Shown: positions 1 through 8,999 of the stretch, piece after piece
Position numbering within the stretch: position 1 is the stretch's first letter
Layout of the letters: each line of letters begins with the position of its first letter
Assembly (NCBI GenBank): GCA_963840855.1
Contig: CAWJBB010000046.1
Location: 96,001-160,000, forward strand
DNA: 64,000 nt
From: an uncultured delta proteobacterium
Lineage (GTDB): Bacteria > Desulfobacterota > Binatia > UBA9968
Direction: 5' to 3'
Program-made: the position numbers and the translations under genes
Notes under the pieces: model-generated
Database searches by the model: none
What the model was told of the DNA's origin: nothing
What the model saw: the letters and a program-made list of their open reading frames with translations, nothing else

Positions 1-1
1 A

Positions 2-823
2 CAAATCAAGGACTACGACGAGTTTGAATCCGCAATCTTCGCTGATGCGGCAGACATCCTCATCGATCACGTGGAATTCCTGTACAAAGAAGCGGCAAAG
101 GGAAAGAAGGTTACATTCTTTTGCGCGCCAAAGATTGTGCGGGGATTACAGCTCGTAGTGCCGAAGGACCTAGAGGAGCTTGAAGTGTTTGCGGGAAAGA
201 CCATGGCTGTGCGAGACTCAGGCCGGCCGCACGCCATTAATCTATGGCTAAGAATGGTGGGATTGGAAAGCAAGGTAACGGTTGTGATCGTCAAGGATGA
301 TGAAGTTGGACGCTGGAGTCAGTGGAAGAAAGTCGCCAGCGGAGAATGTATCGCTTCCTTTATCGATCCGCTTTACGTCTCTGACGCCTTGCAGGCGGGC
401 CTAAAAGTTCTCGCAGTGCCGGATATCCCCGTAGTCGGGCATTACGCTCAGGCATGCACATCAGACTTCGCTCGCGAAAAATCGTCGCTACTGAGGTCGT
501 ATGTGAAGGCGGTGATCCATGCACTTTGCCTGATGAAGTATGACAAACCTGGAGCCCTCAGAATTGTGTCCGGAGAGCCGATGAAGCGCATGCGCATCGA
601 TGATCCACAGATCATGGGGCGGCACTTCGCTGCGATTGTGGAGAAGCTGCAAGTGAAGCCTTATCCGACGCCGGAAGCGATTAGCAATACCTACGAGATT
701 GCGGTGAAGGAGTACGGCGCCGCCGGAATAAACCCAATGACCCTGTGGGACCTGCACTGGGTAAAAGAACTGGACGATGAGGGATTTATCGACGGTTTGT
801 TGAAATGCATCGAGCCACAGTGA
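2..823 (+). CDS. ABC transporter substrate-binding protein (NMT1/SsuA-like), 5' end outside window
   Basis: Frame open from position 2. The C-terminal KPYPTPEAI...WDLHWVKELDDEGFID pattern is typical of this SBP group. Confidence 0.65.
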   Translation, partial: QIKDYDEFESAIFADAADILIDHVEFLYKEAAKGKKVTFFCAPKIVRGLQLVVPKDLEELEVFAGKTMAVRDSGRPHAINLWLRMVGLESKVTVVIVKDDEVGRWSQWKKVASGECIASFIDPLYVSDALQAGLKVLAVPDIPVVGHYAQACTSDFAREKSSLLRSYVKAVIHALCLMKYDKPGALRIVSGEPMKRMRIDDPQIMGRHFAAIVEKLQVKPYPTPEAISNTYEIAVKEYGAAGINPMTLWDLHWVKELDDEGFIDGLLKCIEPQ

Positions 824-1026
824 GGTTTTGTGATGATGCGTTCCAACCGAAGGCGCCCAGCTCAACCGCGCTAAAAAGTCGCAACCGCCCCTCAACGTCG
901 TATATAGGGTGAGATTCTTGACGGAAAATTTTCACTTTGATATTTATCAAAAGATTTATTTCAACTAGTCAAAGGGATTCACTGCAGCGTCGCTGGCCGC
1001 GAATTTCGTACCGTTAGGAGAAAACG

Positions 1027-2172
1027 ATGGAACAGGCGCGATTTTTTTCAGCCGACTCGCATGTTAATGAGCCGCCCGCCGCGTGGGAGCGTATTCCAAA
1101 AAATCTGCGCGCCCATGGCCCGCACTTTGTCCAAGATCCGCAGGGTCGCAAAGGCTTGTATATGGTATTTGACGGCCATGAGCCCGACCCGGTCGGAATG
1201 ACTTTTACCGCGGGGGTTCAGAAAGACGGCGGCGGCGTTCGCAAGATGATCGAAAATTTTACCTGGGAAACCTGGCGCGGACCCTGGGATCCGGTGGCGC
1301 GACTGGGCGATATGGACCTCGACGGCGTCAAGATGGAGGTTCTGTATCCCAGCATGGCGCGCAATTTTTACAGCCTCAAGGGCGAAGAGGTGCCGCTGCA
1401 GCAGGCGGGACTGCAGTCCTATAACGACTGGCTGCGCGAGTACTGCCTGGCAGCGCCTGACAGGCTCGTCGGTCTGGGGCTTCTGTCCGCTCTCGATGTC
1501 GATTGGTCCATCGAAGAGATGAAACGCTGCGCTAAACTCGGGCACAAGGGCGTGGTGCTGCCGTCGGGCCTCCCCGAAGGGAAGAGCTACGCTGATCCGG
1601 AGTTCGATCCACTGTGGACGGCCGCCCAGGACATGGACTTCCCGGTGCATTTTCACGTCAACATTCTGCAGGGCAGCGATCGCATGGCGGCGCGGTTAAA
1701 AGTCATCAGCAAGTTACAGCAGGGGCGAAATGCCGTTAAACGCGGCATCTTGGAACCTTTGAATTTGGTCACCGACTTGGTTTTTGGCGGCGTATTGAAC
1801 CGATTTCCCAAACTTCGCTTCGTGTTAGCAGAGTACGAGCTGTCCTGGCTCTTTCCCTTCTTCACCAAAATGGACGGCTCCGTGGCCCGAGCGCGCTCCG
1901 AAACCCCGGAATCCGCGACCATCGAGGCCCTGCCCAGCGAATCCATCAGACGGCAAGTTTACGTCACCTTCCAGGATGATCGGGTTGGTGTTCTCGGGTC
2001 GGAGGCTCTCAACCTGACGGACAACGTCATGTGGGCGAGCGACTATCCTCACGGCGGTGCCACCTGGCCCCACTCGAAAGAGATCGTCAAAGCCCAGTTC
2101 GCAGGCGTCTCCGACGAAGTCGAGAAAAAACTTACCTGGAAAAACGCGGCGAAATTTTACGGCGTTGAATAA
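1027..2172 (+). CDS. Amidohydrolase_2 family protein
   Basis: SADSHV metal motif, PVHFH, WASDYPH; AGGAG SD upstream. Confidence 0.9.
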   Translation: MEQARFFSADSHVNEPPAAWERIPKNLRAHGPHFVQDPQGRKGLYMVFDGHEPDPVGMTFTAGVQKDGGGVRKMIENFTWETWRGPWDPVARLGDMDLDGVKMEVLYPSMARNFYSLKGEEVPLQQAGLQSYNDWLREYCLAAPDRLVGLGLLSALDVDWSIEEMKRCAKLGHKGVVLPSGLPEGKSYADPEFDPLWTAAQDMDFPVHFHVNILQGSDRMAARLKVISKLQQGRNAVKRGILEPLNLVTDLVFGGVLNRFPKLRFVLAEYELSWLFPFFTKMDGSVARARSETPESATIEALPSESIRRQVYVTFQDDRVGVLGSEALNLTDNVMWASDYPHGGATWPHSKEIVKAQFAGVSDEVEKKLTWKNAAKFYGVE

Positions 2173-2208
2173 TGCAGCGCGCGGCTATGCACACGAATTA
2201 ATAGGACC

Positions 2209-3264
2209 ATGAGGGGGACTATATTGGTCGCGGCTATCGTAGTGTGCGCTGCCGTGGTTGTTTCCGCCTCGGCATTTGCCCAGACTGAGGGATTCTACAA
2301 GGGCAAAACGCTGCAAATAATCGTTGCCTCGGGCCCGGGCGCTGGCAACGACATCCAGACGCGCATTTTCGCCAGACACGCGGCGAGACATCTGCCCGGT
2401 AACCCGAATATAATCGTCGAGAATATGGCAGGCGCTGGCGGCCTGAGAGCGCGCAATCACGTCTACAACCTCGTCAAGCCTGATGGTTTGACCATCGCGC
2501 AGATTATCAGGGGTACGGAGCTCCAGGAAGCGGTCGGCGATCCCGGGGTGAAATATAAGTCCGATCGATTTAACTGGCTTGGCAACTTGAGCACCGGAGA
2601 CGCGGTGTGCATCGCGCGCATCGACCGTGCGGGATTAACGCTTCAAGAAGCCGTTAAGCGTTCCGCGGGAAACCCCCTGCGTAATGCTGAGTCTGGCAAC
2701 ACGACCATTGGCGCAGTGGCAGCGCTGCTGATCAAAGAATTCAGCGGGATTAATTTGAATGTTGTCGCTGGCTATCCCGGAGGCTCTGCGATGGATCTCG
2801 CCATCGAGAGAGGCGAGGCTGACATGCGTTGCGGTCTGATCTGGAGTTCGGCCAAGGCGCGTCACTCTGACTGGTTCAAGCAGCTCGGAGCGAAGAAACC
2901 TTTCGCGACGGTGATGGTCCAGATTGCCGACAAACGACTTCCCGAGCTGGCCGATGTGCCAACCCTTGTGGAACTGGCGCCGGATCCCAGCTGGCGCGCC
3001 GTCGCTGAAACCATCACGTTTACCTACGAGAATGCCTATCCCATGCTCGCCCCTCCGGGAATGCCCGAACCCTTGGTCAAAATGTTGCGCAAAGCCTTTT
3101 GGGATACGGTGCAGGATCCGCAGTATATCGCCGAAGCAAAAAAGGCGGGATTCGATGATAACGAGCCTTTGCCGGGAGAAAGGGTGCAGGGCGTGGTGAG
3201 GCGAATACTGGACATTCCCGACGAGGCGAAGTCCCGGCTGCGCAAGCTCCTCGGCCTCCACTAA
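2209..3264 (+). CDS. Tripartite tricarboxylate transporter substrate-binding protein (TctC/Bug family)
   Basis: Signal peptide; FYKGKT...IIVENMAGAGG, KPDGLTI, GYPGG...ERGE and LADVPT motifs. Confidence 0.85.
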   Translation: MRGTILVAAIVVCAAVVVSASAFAQTEGFYKGKTLQIIVASGPGAGNDIQTRIFARHAARHLPGNPNIIVENMAGAGGLRARNHVYNLVKPDGLTIAQIIRGTELQEAVGDPGVKYKSDRFNWLGNLSTGDAVCIARIDRAGLTLQEAVKRSAGNPLRNAESGNTTIGAVAALLIKEFSGINLNVVAGYPGGSAMDLAIERGEADMRCGLIWSSAKARHSDWFKQLGAKKPFATVMVQIADKRLPELADVPTLVELAPDPSWRAVAETITFTYENAYPMLAPPGMPEPLVKMLRKAFWDTVQDPQYIAEAKKAGFDDNEPLPGERVQGVVRRILDIPDEAKSRLRKLLGLH

Positions 3265-3374
3265 GGCGTTAATTGGCTGACAGACATAGGCAACCAAGAG
3301 CGAGACTTGTCTGGACAGAATCGACTCGCCCCAGGTCTTTAATTTTGCACCTCAGTATGCGATTTAGCTACTAT

Positions 3375-3413
3375 GCCCCCGTAGCTCAGGTGGATAGAGC
3401 ACAGGATTCCTAA
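3375..3413 (+). other. Orphan 5' half of tRNA-Arg(CCT) = attL of element 1
   Basis: 39 nt identical to 22688-22726 (GCCCCCGTAGCTCAGG...GGATTCCTAA), ending exactly at the end of the anticodon loop. Confidence 0.93.
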
Positions 3414-3509
3414 GCGTGCTCATCCGTTAAACTGAGTTCACTCCAGTTAATTTCAGCTAAGAAAATCAAGGTTCGAGTTGTGTTGAATGCAGTTGAGTTG
3501 AGTTGTGTT

Positions 3510-3527
3510 TGGCACGGGCGTGGCACA
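3510..3527 (+). repeat. Integrase arm-type repeats (TGGCAC x2) at attL1
   Basis: tggcacg and tggcaca 11 bp apart; same motif as the three repeats at 22620-22648. Confidence 0.65.
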
Positions 3528-3530
3528 ACA

Positions 3531-3872
3531 TCACTTAAACGGGAACACAAATACTTGATCGAACACGAGGCTCGCGTTAATCACACGAAAGCCAACAAAG
3601 TTTCCAGTTTGGCAAGCTGGTGTCAACAGGGCGATTGTAGCCACATCGGTCGTGAACCAAGTGCTGTTGTCCTCCCTAGCAACGAAAACAAACACGCCAG
3701 AAAAAGTTGCACAGGAAGACGCGTGATAGAAGTTAAAGCCAATAACAATCGCCTGTGTAGCGGGCCCCTCACTCGGTTCCCCCTTACCAAGTGTACCGTG
3801 TGGTTCGGAACTTTGAGCCGCCGCAATGCCAAGAGAACCAAGGACTAAAATCACTGCCAATACGATAGGCAT
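3531..3872 (-). CDS. Secreted hypothetical protein
   Basis: 113 aa, signal peptide, AGGAGG SD. Confidence 0.7.
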   Translation of the reverse strand: MPIVLAVILVLGSLGIAAAQSSEPHGTLGKGEPSEGPATQAIVIGFNFYHASSCATFSGVFVFVAREDNSTWFTTDVATIALLTPACQTGNFVGFRVINASLVFDQVFVFPFK

Positions 3873-4110
3873 GTTTGCCTCCTTTGAAAAATATAGTCTT
3901 TTGCCTCTACCATGCCCCGGCAGGGTGTCTGTCTAATATTGAACCAATGCTGAAAAGAATTATTACGAGTCCTGCGCGGGGCAGGCACACCCAGGGAGTA
4001 GGCAAACAAGTGAGAGTGATTTTTTATGGCTGATATTCACGAAACCAACCCGCTCCGCTTTCTAAGTTCAACTAAAGTTAACATCCCGCTTGAAGTCGCG
4101 TCATTATTTC

Positions 4111-4194
4111 ATACAGCACAGGATTTCTTAACCTGTGGCGTCGAAAAATATCAACGAATCTAAGGGCTTTAAAAACGCTGTGCCAAACCGTGCC
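4111..4194 (+). other. Degenerate att-like junction (tRNA-Arg core relic, IHF-like site, inverted arm repeats)
   Basis: atacagcacaggatttcttaacctgtggcg resembles atagagcacaggattcctaatcctggggcc; followed by tatcaacgaatct and ctgtgccaaaccgtgcc. Confidence 0.5.
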
Positions 4195-4514
4195 GACGAT
4201 AAGCCGGGAATCGAATTGAATCAGATCGAGTCAACCGTATCTCTTGAGCCCCGGAAAAAGCACCCATTCGGCAGAAACGCCCCTGGCGAAGTGACTCCAG
4301 GCCCGGCCCGGCATTTAAATATTCGATTTCGTCGTCATATAGCGGTGCCATGACCTCGCAACCAAATTTTTCAAAAAACATCAGCGTGGCAAGGAGCCTT
4401 ATTCATGAAACCCGCTCGCGGCGCACGTCAGAGAGGATCTAAAGACGCTGGGCCTTCCACATCACGTCAAGAGCACGAGTATTGGCGACCTGTTAAACGA
4501 GACCGCCGAGGAAC

Positions 4515-4781
4515 ATGAAGGCGGATAGCGCAAATGGGTTCGGCCAAACAGGATCGTTCGCCAGCGAGCCGTTAACGACTAGTGAGGGGCATTCTGGCAG
4601 GTGTCAGAACCCGTTCTGCAATTCCATCATTGAGCCTTTGCCGGATGGTGAATGGCGTAGGACAGAGCGGCGCTACTGTTGCGACCGTTGCCGAACTGAC
4701 GGCCATGTCTTGAGGCGGGCCAAGGCGATGATTGCCGAAGTTGGAATTGTCAAGTTTAACTCGTTCCTGGAAAAGTTTTAG
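4515..4781 (+). CDS. Small Cys-rich (putative Zn-binding) hypothetical protein
   Basis: CQNPFC and CCDRC motifs; GAGG SD. Confidence 0.5.
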   Translation: MKADSANGFGQTGSFASEPLTTSEGHSGRCQNPFCNSIIEPLPDGEWRRTERRYCCDRCRTDGHVLRRAKAMIAEVGIVKFNSFLEKF

Positions 4782-4887
4782 CGGCGCTTCATTTCTTATG
4801 TTGAAACAGCATTCAGTCTTGAAATCATAGGAAGAAGCAAAATCCAATTGGTGCCGATGTCCGAAAATGTCCCAGTAGGTTACGTCA

Positions 4888-5882
4888 TTAGTCTCTATTT
4901 TGACCCTCCCGCACAACCTCACGCGGGTCTTGGTCTTCGCGCAAGCCGACGAAAGCGGATTGCCGTAGATGCCCATCCGGCGTCCACTCGGCAAACTCAA
5001 TGTGGGCGACCGCTTCGGGCCTTACCCATTTGCAGTTTTTCATCTCTTCCTTCGTCAAGGCCCACTGTGTGCGCTTGCGCTCTGGCAGATTCGCAAATGG
5101 GCAGGTGGCAATTTCTAGTCCCCTGAGCTTGGCTGCTACCGCACGTCGGGTGTGCGGAACAAAGCCGTTTCGCACCTTGCCCGCATATAGCAGTGTGCCG
5201 TCTTGATAGTACCCGACGATGATGGAATCGATGGGGTTGCCGGAAACGTATCCGCCGATTACGAGTTCTTGGCCTCGGTTGATGCGATACTTGAGCCACG
5301 CACCGCTTCGTTTGCCGGATTCATAATACGAATCCCTCCGCTTCGCGAGGATTCCTCGAAGCCTAACTGTTTGGCGACGCGCACCAACTCGGTAGGCGTG
5401 GCATCTATCGTTTCTGACAGCTTTATGAGGGAATCTTTGCTCCTGACTTTTTCAAATATTTCATCAAGGACCTTTCGCCGCTCCTCAAGCGGTACGTTCA
5501 ATAAGTTCTTGCCCCGGCAGATGAGAACGTCGAAGGCGTAAAAGAGCAGCGCCTGTGCTTGTGAGCGGTGGTGCTGAATCAGATTGAATGAGACCCGACC
5601 GCTTTCATCGACTGCCACAACTTCGCCATCGAGCAACGTATCGGCTGGCAGCCGTTCGCAGGCGCGGGCAATATGCGGGAATTGGGCGGTGAAGAGATTT
5701 CCTCTCCGTGACCAAAGCGTTACGCCATCGTTGCGTTTACCAGCAAGGCATCGGTAGCCGTCGAATTTTACCTCATAAAGCCAGTCCTGGCCGTCGGGAA
5801 GCTGTCGCACCGCAAGCGCATACATCGGCTCGATGAAGCGGACGGCGGCTTCCGGCTGGCTGCTACGTTTGACTCTTCGCAT
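4888..5882 (-). CDS. ATP-dependent DNA ligase (LigD ligase domain), single frameshift near 5350
   Basis: YEVKFDGYR adenylation motif, LDGEVV, FYAFDVL. After the shift GFE(G)ILAKR...WLK continues to EFAEWTPDGHLRQSAFVGLREDQ. Confidence 0.85.
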
Positions 5883-5996
5883 TCATGCGCCGACAGTCGG
5901 GCGCGCCTGGTAACGAATTACCGACCCATTGCGGCCCGCCTGGCAAACGGTGATTCAATCCGCGAATTTGGCTGACGGGATCGATTTTAGCTCGTC

Positions 5997-6848
5997 CTAG
6001 TTATTATTGCCCGCGTCCGTGCCACCTGTGTAAGGAACGGCGACTCCGCTCGTCAGATTGTCCCGAAATTTTCCGCTTTGGACGGTGAACTCAATCCCCG
6101 ACGCCATGTTTGTAATGCGATTGTTAACGACCAACACATCAGACCCCGCAACGATAATACCCCCGGTGCGGGGCCTGGGAGGCGATATAGTATTGCTGAG
6201 GCGATTATTTTCTACGACGGCGTTATCGGCATTAACTGCAATCGCAAATGCGCCTCCAGTTCCTTGTGCGTTGGTGTCAGTCACGTCATTGTTGAGAGCG
6301 CGGACACCAGAACCGGAGAGAAATATGCCCGTGGACGAAGAACCTGGCAGGGACACGTTGCCTGGTCCCGTGCTTACGATCATGTTGTTGCGAATGATGC
6401 TGTGCCGGTTGCTAACACGGATACCTACCGATGTATTGAGGTCAACGCGGACATTTTCTATGACACACACAGAGCCGAAGCTGATGTTAATGGCAGTAAA
6501 AAATCCCCGCACCGTTCCGTTCTTGACCGTGATGTTATTGCGTAAAAACGCGAAAATCCCTTGAGCCTGTGTTCCTATATTTTCCGATGTCAGTTCGGTC
6601 AATCCTCCAAGAGTAAACCCGTTTAAGTCTATCACGACGTTGTCCGCCGCGATATTGATGGCATTGACAGTGGTGATCGGCGTGCTCAGGTCACGTTGGA
6701 GACAGTAAGCGCCCGGTATGGTGATAGTCACGGGGAGAAAGTCAATTTCGGTACAGTTTTCAGTCTGTGCTGAGGCAGTCGTCGCGCCAACTGCTACAAG
6801 CAAGGAACCACACAGAAAAGCCGCAGCTAATCGTCCTAAACTCTTCAT
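5997..6848 (-). CDS. Secreted right-handed parallel beta-helix protein
   Basis: Signal peptide; ITIPGAYCL, NVVIDLNGFTL, NITVKNGTVRGF and repeated xNNxI turns; GGAGG SD. Confidence 0.8.
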   Translation of the reverse strand: MKSLGRLAAAFLCGSLLVAVGATTASAQTENCTEIDFLPVTITIPGAYCLQRDLSTPITTVNAINIAADNVVIDLNGFTLGGLTELTSENIGTQAQGIFAFLRNNITVKNGTVRGFFTAINISFGSVCVIENVRVDLNTSVGIRVSNRHSIIRNNMIVSTGPGNVSLPGSSSTGIFLSGSGVRALNNDVTDTNAQGTGGAFAIAVNADNAVVENNRLSNTISPPRPRTGGIIVAGSDVLVVNNRITNMASGIEFTVQSGKFRDNLTSGVAVPYTGGTDAGNNN

Positions 6849-7550
6849 AGCGAACCTCCTTTAGACCAGAATGGTGAGGAGACTAACTATCGTCGTCGCG
6901 GCTGTCAATGAGAAAAGACTTCCGATGGGACGGGTGGCGTATGACAAGCGAGCAGCAATCCAGTTTCACTCGCAGCGGTAGTCGTACATAGCGTAATGCT
7001 GGCAGAATCGCAGATACTCAACTCGGCTGGAGAATTGGGACTGCTCGTAGACCAAGCGCGGGAAGGGGCCTGTCGAGCAACCGGCGAAAACAGCGGCGCT
7101 AAGAGCTACGGCAAGAACCATCGATGTAATATTCATGGTATTTTCCTTTCATCAAGCGGAGTGAATCAAATGAAAAACAAGATAAAACCCTAGAGCCGAA
7201 TAGACTATCGCTACGAAGGTCAAGCCCCGAAGCGGCACCATCGGTCGGTAACGACCAATCGAATACAATATAACGAGCAGAGCACAGACAAAGACCTTCC
7301 AATAGATCAACGCCCACAAGAGCCCCCAGGCGTCAATCGCGGCACTCACGAACGGGTTTAATTCGGCTTCGCCGCGAAACGTATGGCCTTTTATCCCTAA
7401 AGCCTGGAAGCAATCAAGCCTCGGAGAGATCGCCGAGGATTGACGGCGGTATAAAAGTTGTGGCACTAAACCGCGGACCCGCACGTAGGTTTGAACTGAA
7501 GCCACCTTGCGCGGACTTGGCGACTGAATGGTATCAGAAATTGACCGGGG

Positions 7551-7889
7551 TTATTTCTTGGCGGCTCTCTTCGCGGCCCAGTAGGCCCTCAATTTCGCGG
7601 ACAACTTTGCTCTCGTGGCCCGACTAAATGTCGTTTTCCTGGCTTTGGCAGCGGTTCTGCCGAAACGCGTTGCTGGTTTGGCTCGACGAAGGTTCGCCCA
7701 TCTCGCTTTTTGCGCAGCCGCAATCTTCCTTTTCACAGACGCGCTTATGGTCCGCTTTTTCGTCGAGTCACCTGCAGAGTTGCTTGACACACCGAGGATG
7801 CGGCCGAGCTCCTTGCTGAGCTTCTCGATTCGTTCTTTGATCGCGGCAGCCCGTTTAAGCTGGTTGACGGTCAGGTCGTATAGGTCCAT
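7551..7889 (-). CDS. Basic histone-like / nucleoid-associated protein
   Basis: N-terminal coiled coil and two SxxxR/KxK(I/L)xAxx(K/R)xWA repeats; very K/R/A-rich. Confidence 0.65.
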   Translation of the reverse strand: MDLYDLTVNQLKRAAAIKERIEKLSKELGRILGVSSNSAGDSTKKRTISASVKRKIAAAQKARWANLRRAKPATRFGRTAAKARKTTFSRATRAKLSAKLRAYWAAKRAAKK

Positions 7890-8037
7890 GCGGCAAGTAA
7901 GTATTCAAAAGCCGACAGAAATCAAGGGAAGTAAGACATTAATTTGCGCCAATGGTGATCTAACCGATGTCTGTGTCGGGATTTGTTAGAAGGAGAATTC
8001 AGTTCAATCCTGGCAGCGCCGCTTGCTTTTCTGCCCA

Positions 8038-8168
8038 TCACCTGATCACCTTATCCGCTCTCACCAGCACATTTGGCGGAATCGTCAGGCCGATCTGCTT
8101 TGCGGTCTTGAGATTTATCACCAGCTCGAACTTTGTCGGCTGCTCCACAGGCAGGTCGCCTGGCTTGC
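8038..8168 (-). pseudogene. C-terminal remnant of an ABC transporter substrate-binding protein
   Basis: Reads [42 protein letters not shown] with no upstream gene body. Confidence 0.8.
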
Positions 8169-8228
8169 AGTGGAGATGTGATGAGTTAGCATGAACAGAG
8201 CAATCCATCATTAATGCGGAGGTGATCT

Positions 8229-8540
8229 ATGCGATTTCTAGTCAAGGTGAACATTCCTGTCGAAGCCGGGAACAGGGCTGCGAAGGCGGGAAAGCTCGGC
8301 ACAACCATCCAATCTATACTGGCGGATTTGAAGCCCGAGGCCGTGTATTTCACGGACGACAATGGTCAACGGACGGCGTTTCTCTTCCTCGAAATGCAGG
8401 ACGCTTCGCTGATCCCCGCAATTGCGGAGCCGTGGTTCCTCGCGTTCAATGCGAGCATTGAGATTCACCCGGTGATGGTACCTGACGACCTTGCTAAGGC
8501 TGGAGGCGCGATCGAGCAAGCAGTCAAGAAATACGGCTGA
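8229..8540 (+). CDS. DUF3303-like small protein
   Basis: LKPEAVYF...GQRT...IPAIAEPWFLAFNASIEIHPVM; GGAGG SD. Confidence 0.7.
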   Translation: MRFLVKVNIPVEAGNRAAKAGKLGTTIQSILADLKPEAVYFTDDNGQRTAFLFLEMQDASLIPAIAEPWFLAFNASIEIHPVMVPDDLAKAGGAIEQAVKKYG

Positions 8541-8999
8541 TTGATCGGCGCCATCTAACCGCCGCGGGAGCCGATAATTGAGTATGCTGTTTTACTTAGT
8601 GACGACTCAACGCCATAGCGTTAGCCTTGAGATTGAAGTGAACGACGCAACGGACAAATCTCACAGGATTGAGTCGATGGAGAAATCAAGTTCGACGCCG
8701 AGAAAGCGGCTTTAAACTGGTTCGTGTACACTTCGACGGTTGGGACCTTTGGGGAATCAGGGGAAAGGTCAGGCTAGTATGGGGGATTCTGCTGAAAAAC
8801 CCTATCCTGATTTCGGGACAAGATCGAGAGTGTTCTCGGTTTCGACTGCCATGTCGATAAGTTCCTTTGGCGGCGTTCCCCACGTAACCAGCGCGCGATT
8901 GGACAAGGTAAGACCAAAAGATGTTTTTTTCTCTGACACGCCGTGAGCATAGGAAGAGGCCGCGTCATCTTTCAAGCGCTGCCTGTGCCGCTTTATAGA

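Noticed and set aside
3510-3525. TGGCACG-N4-TGGCA resembling a sigma54 promoter
   Set aside because: The -12 element is imperfect, there is no downstream + strand gene, and the motif recurs as tandem repeats at the other element end, which fits integrase arm sites better.
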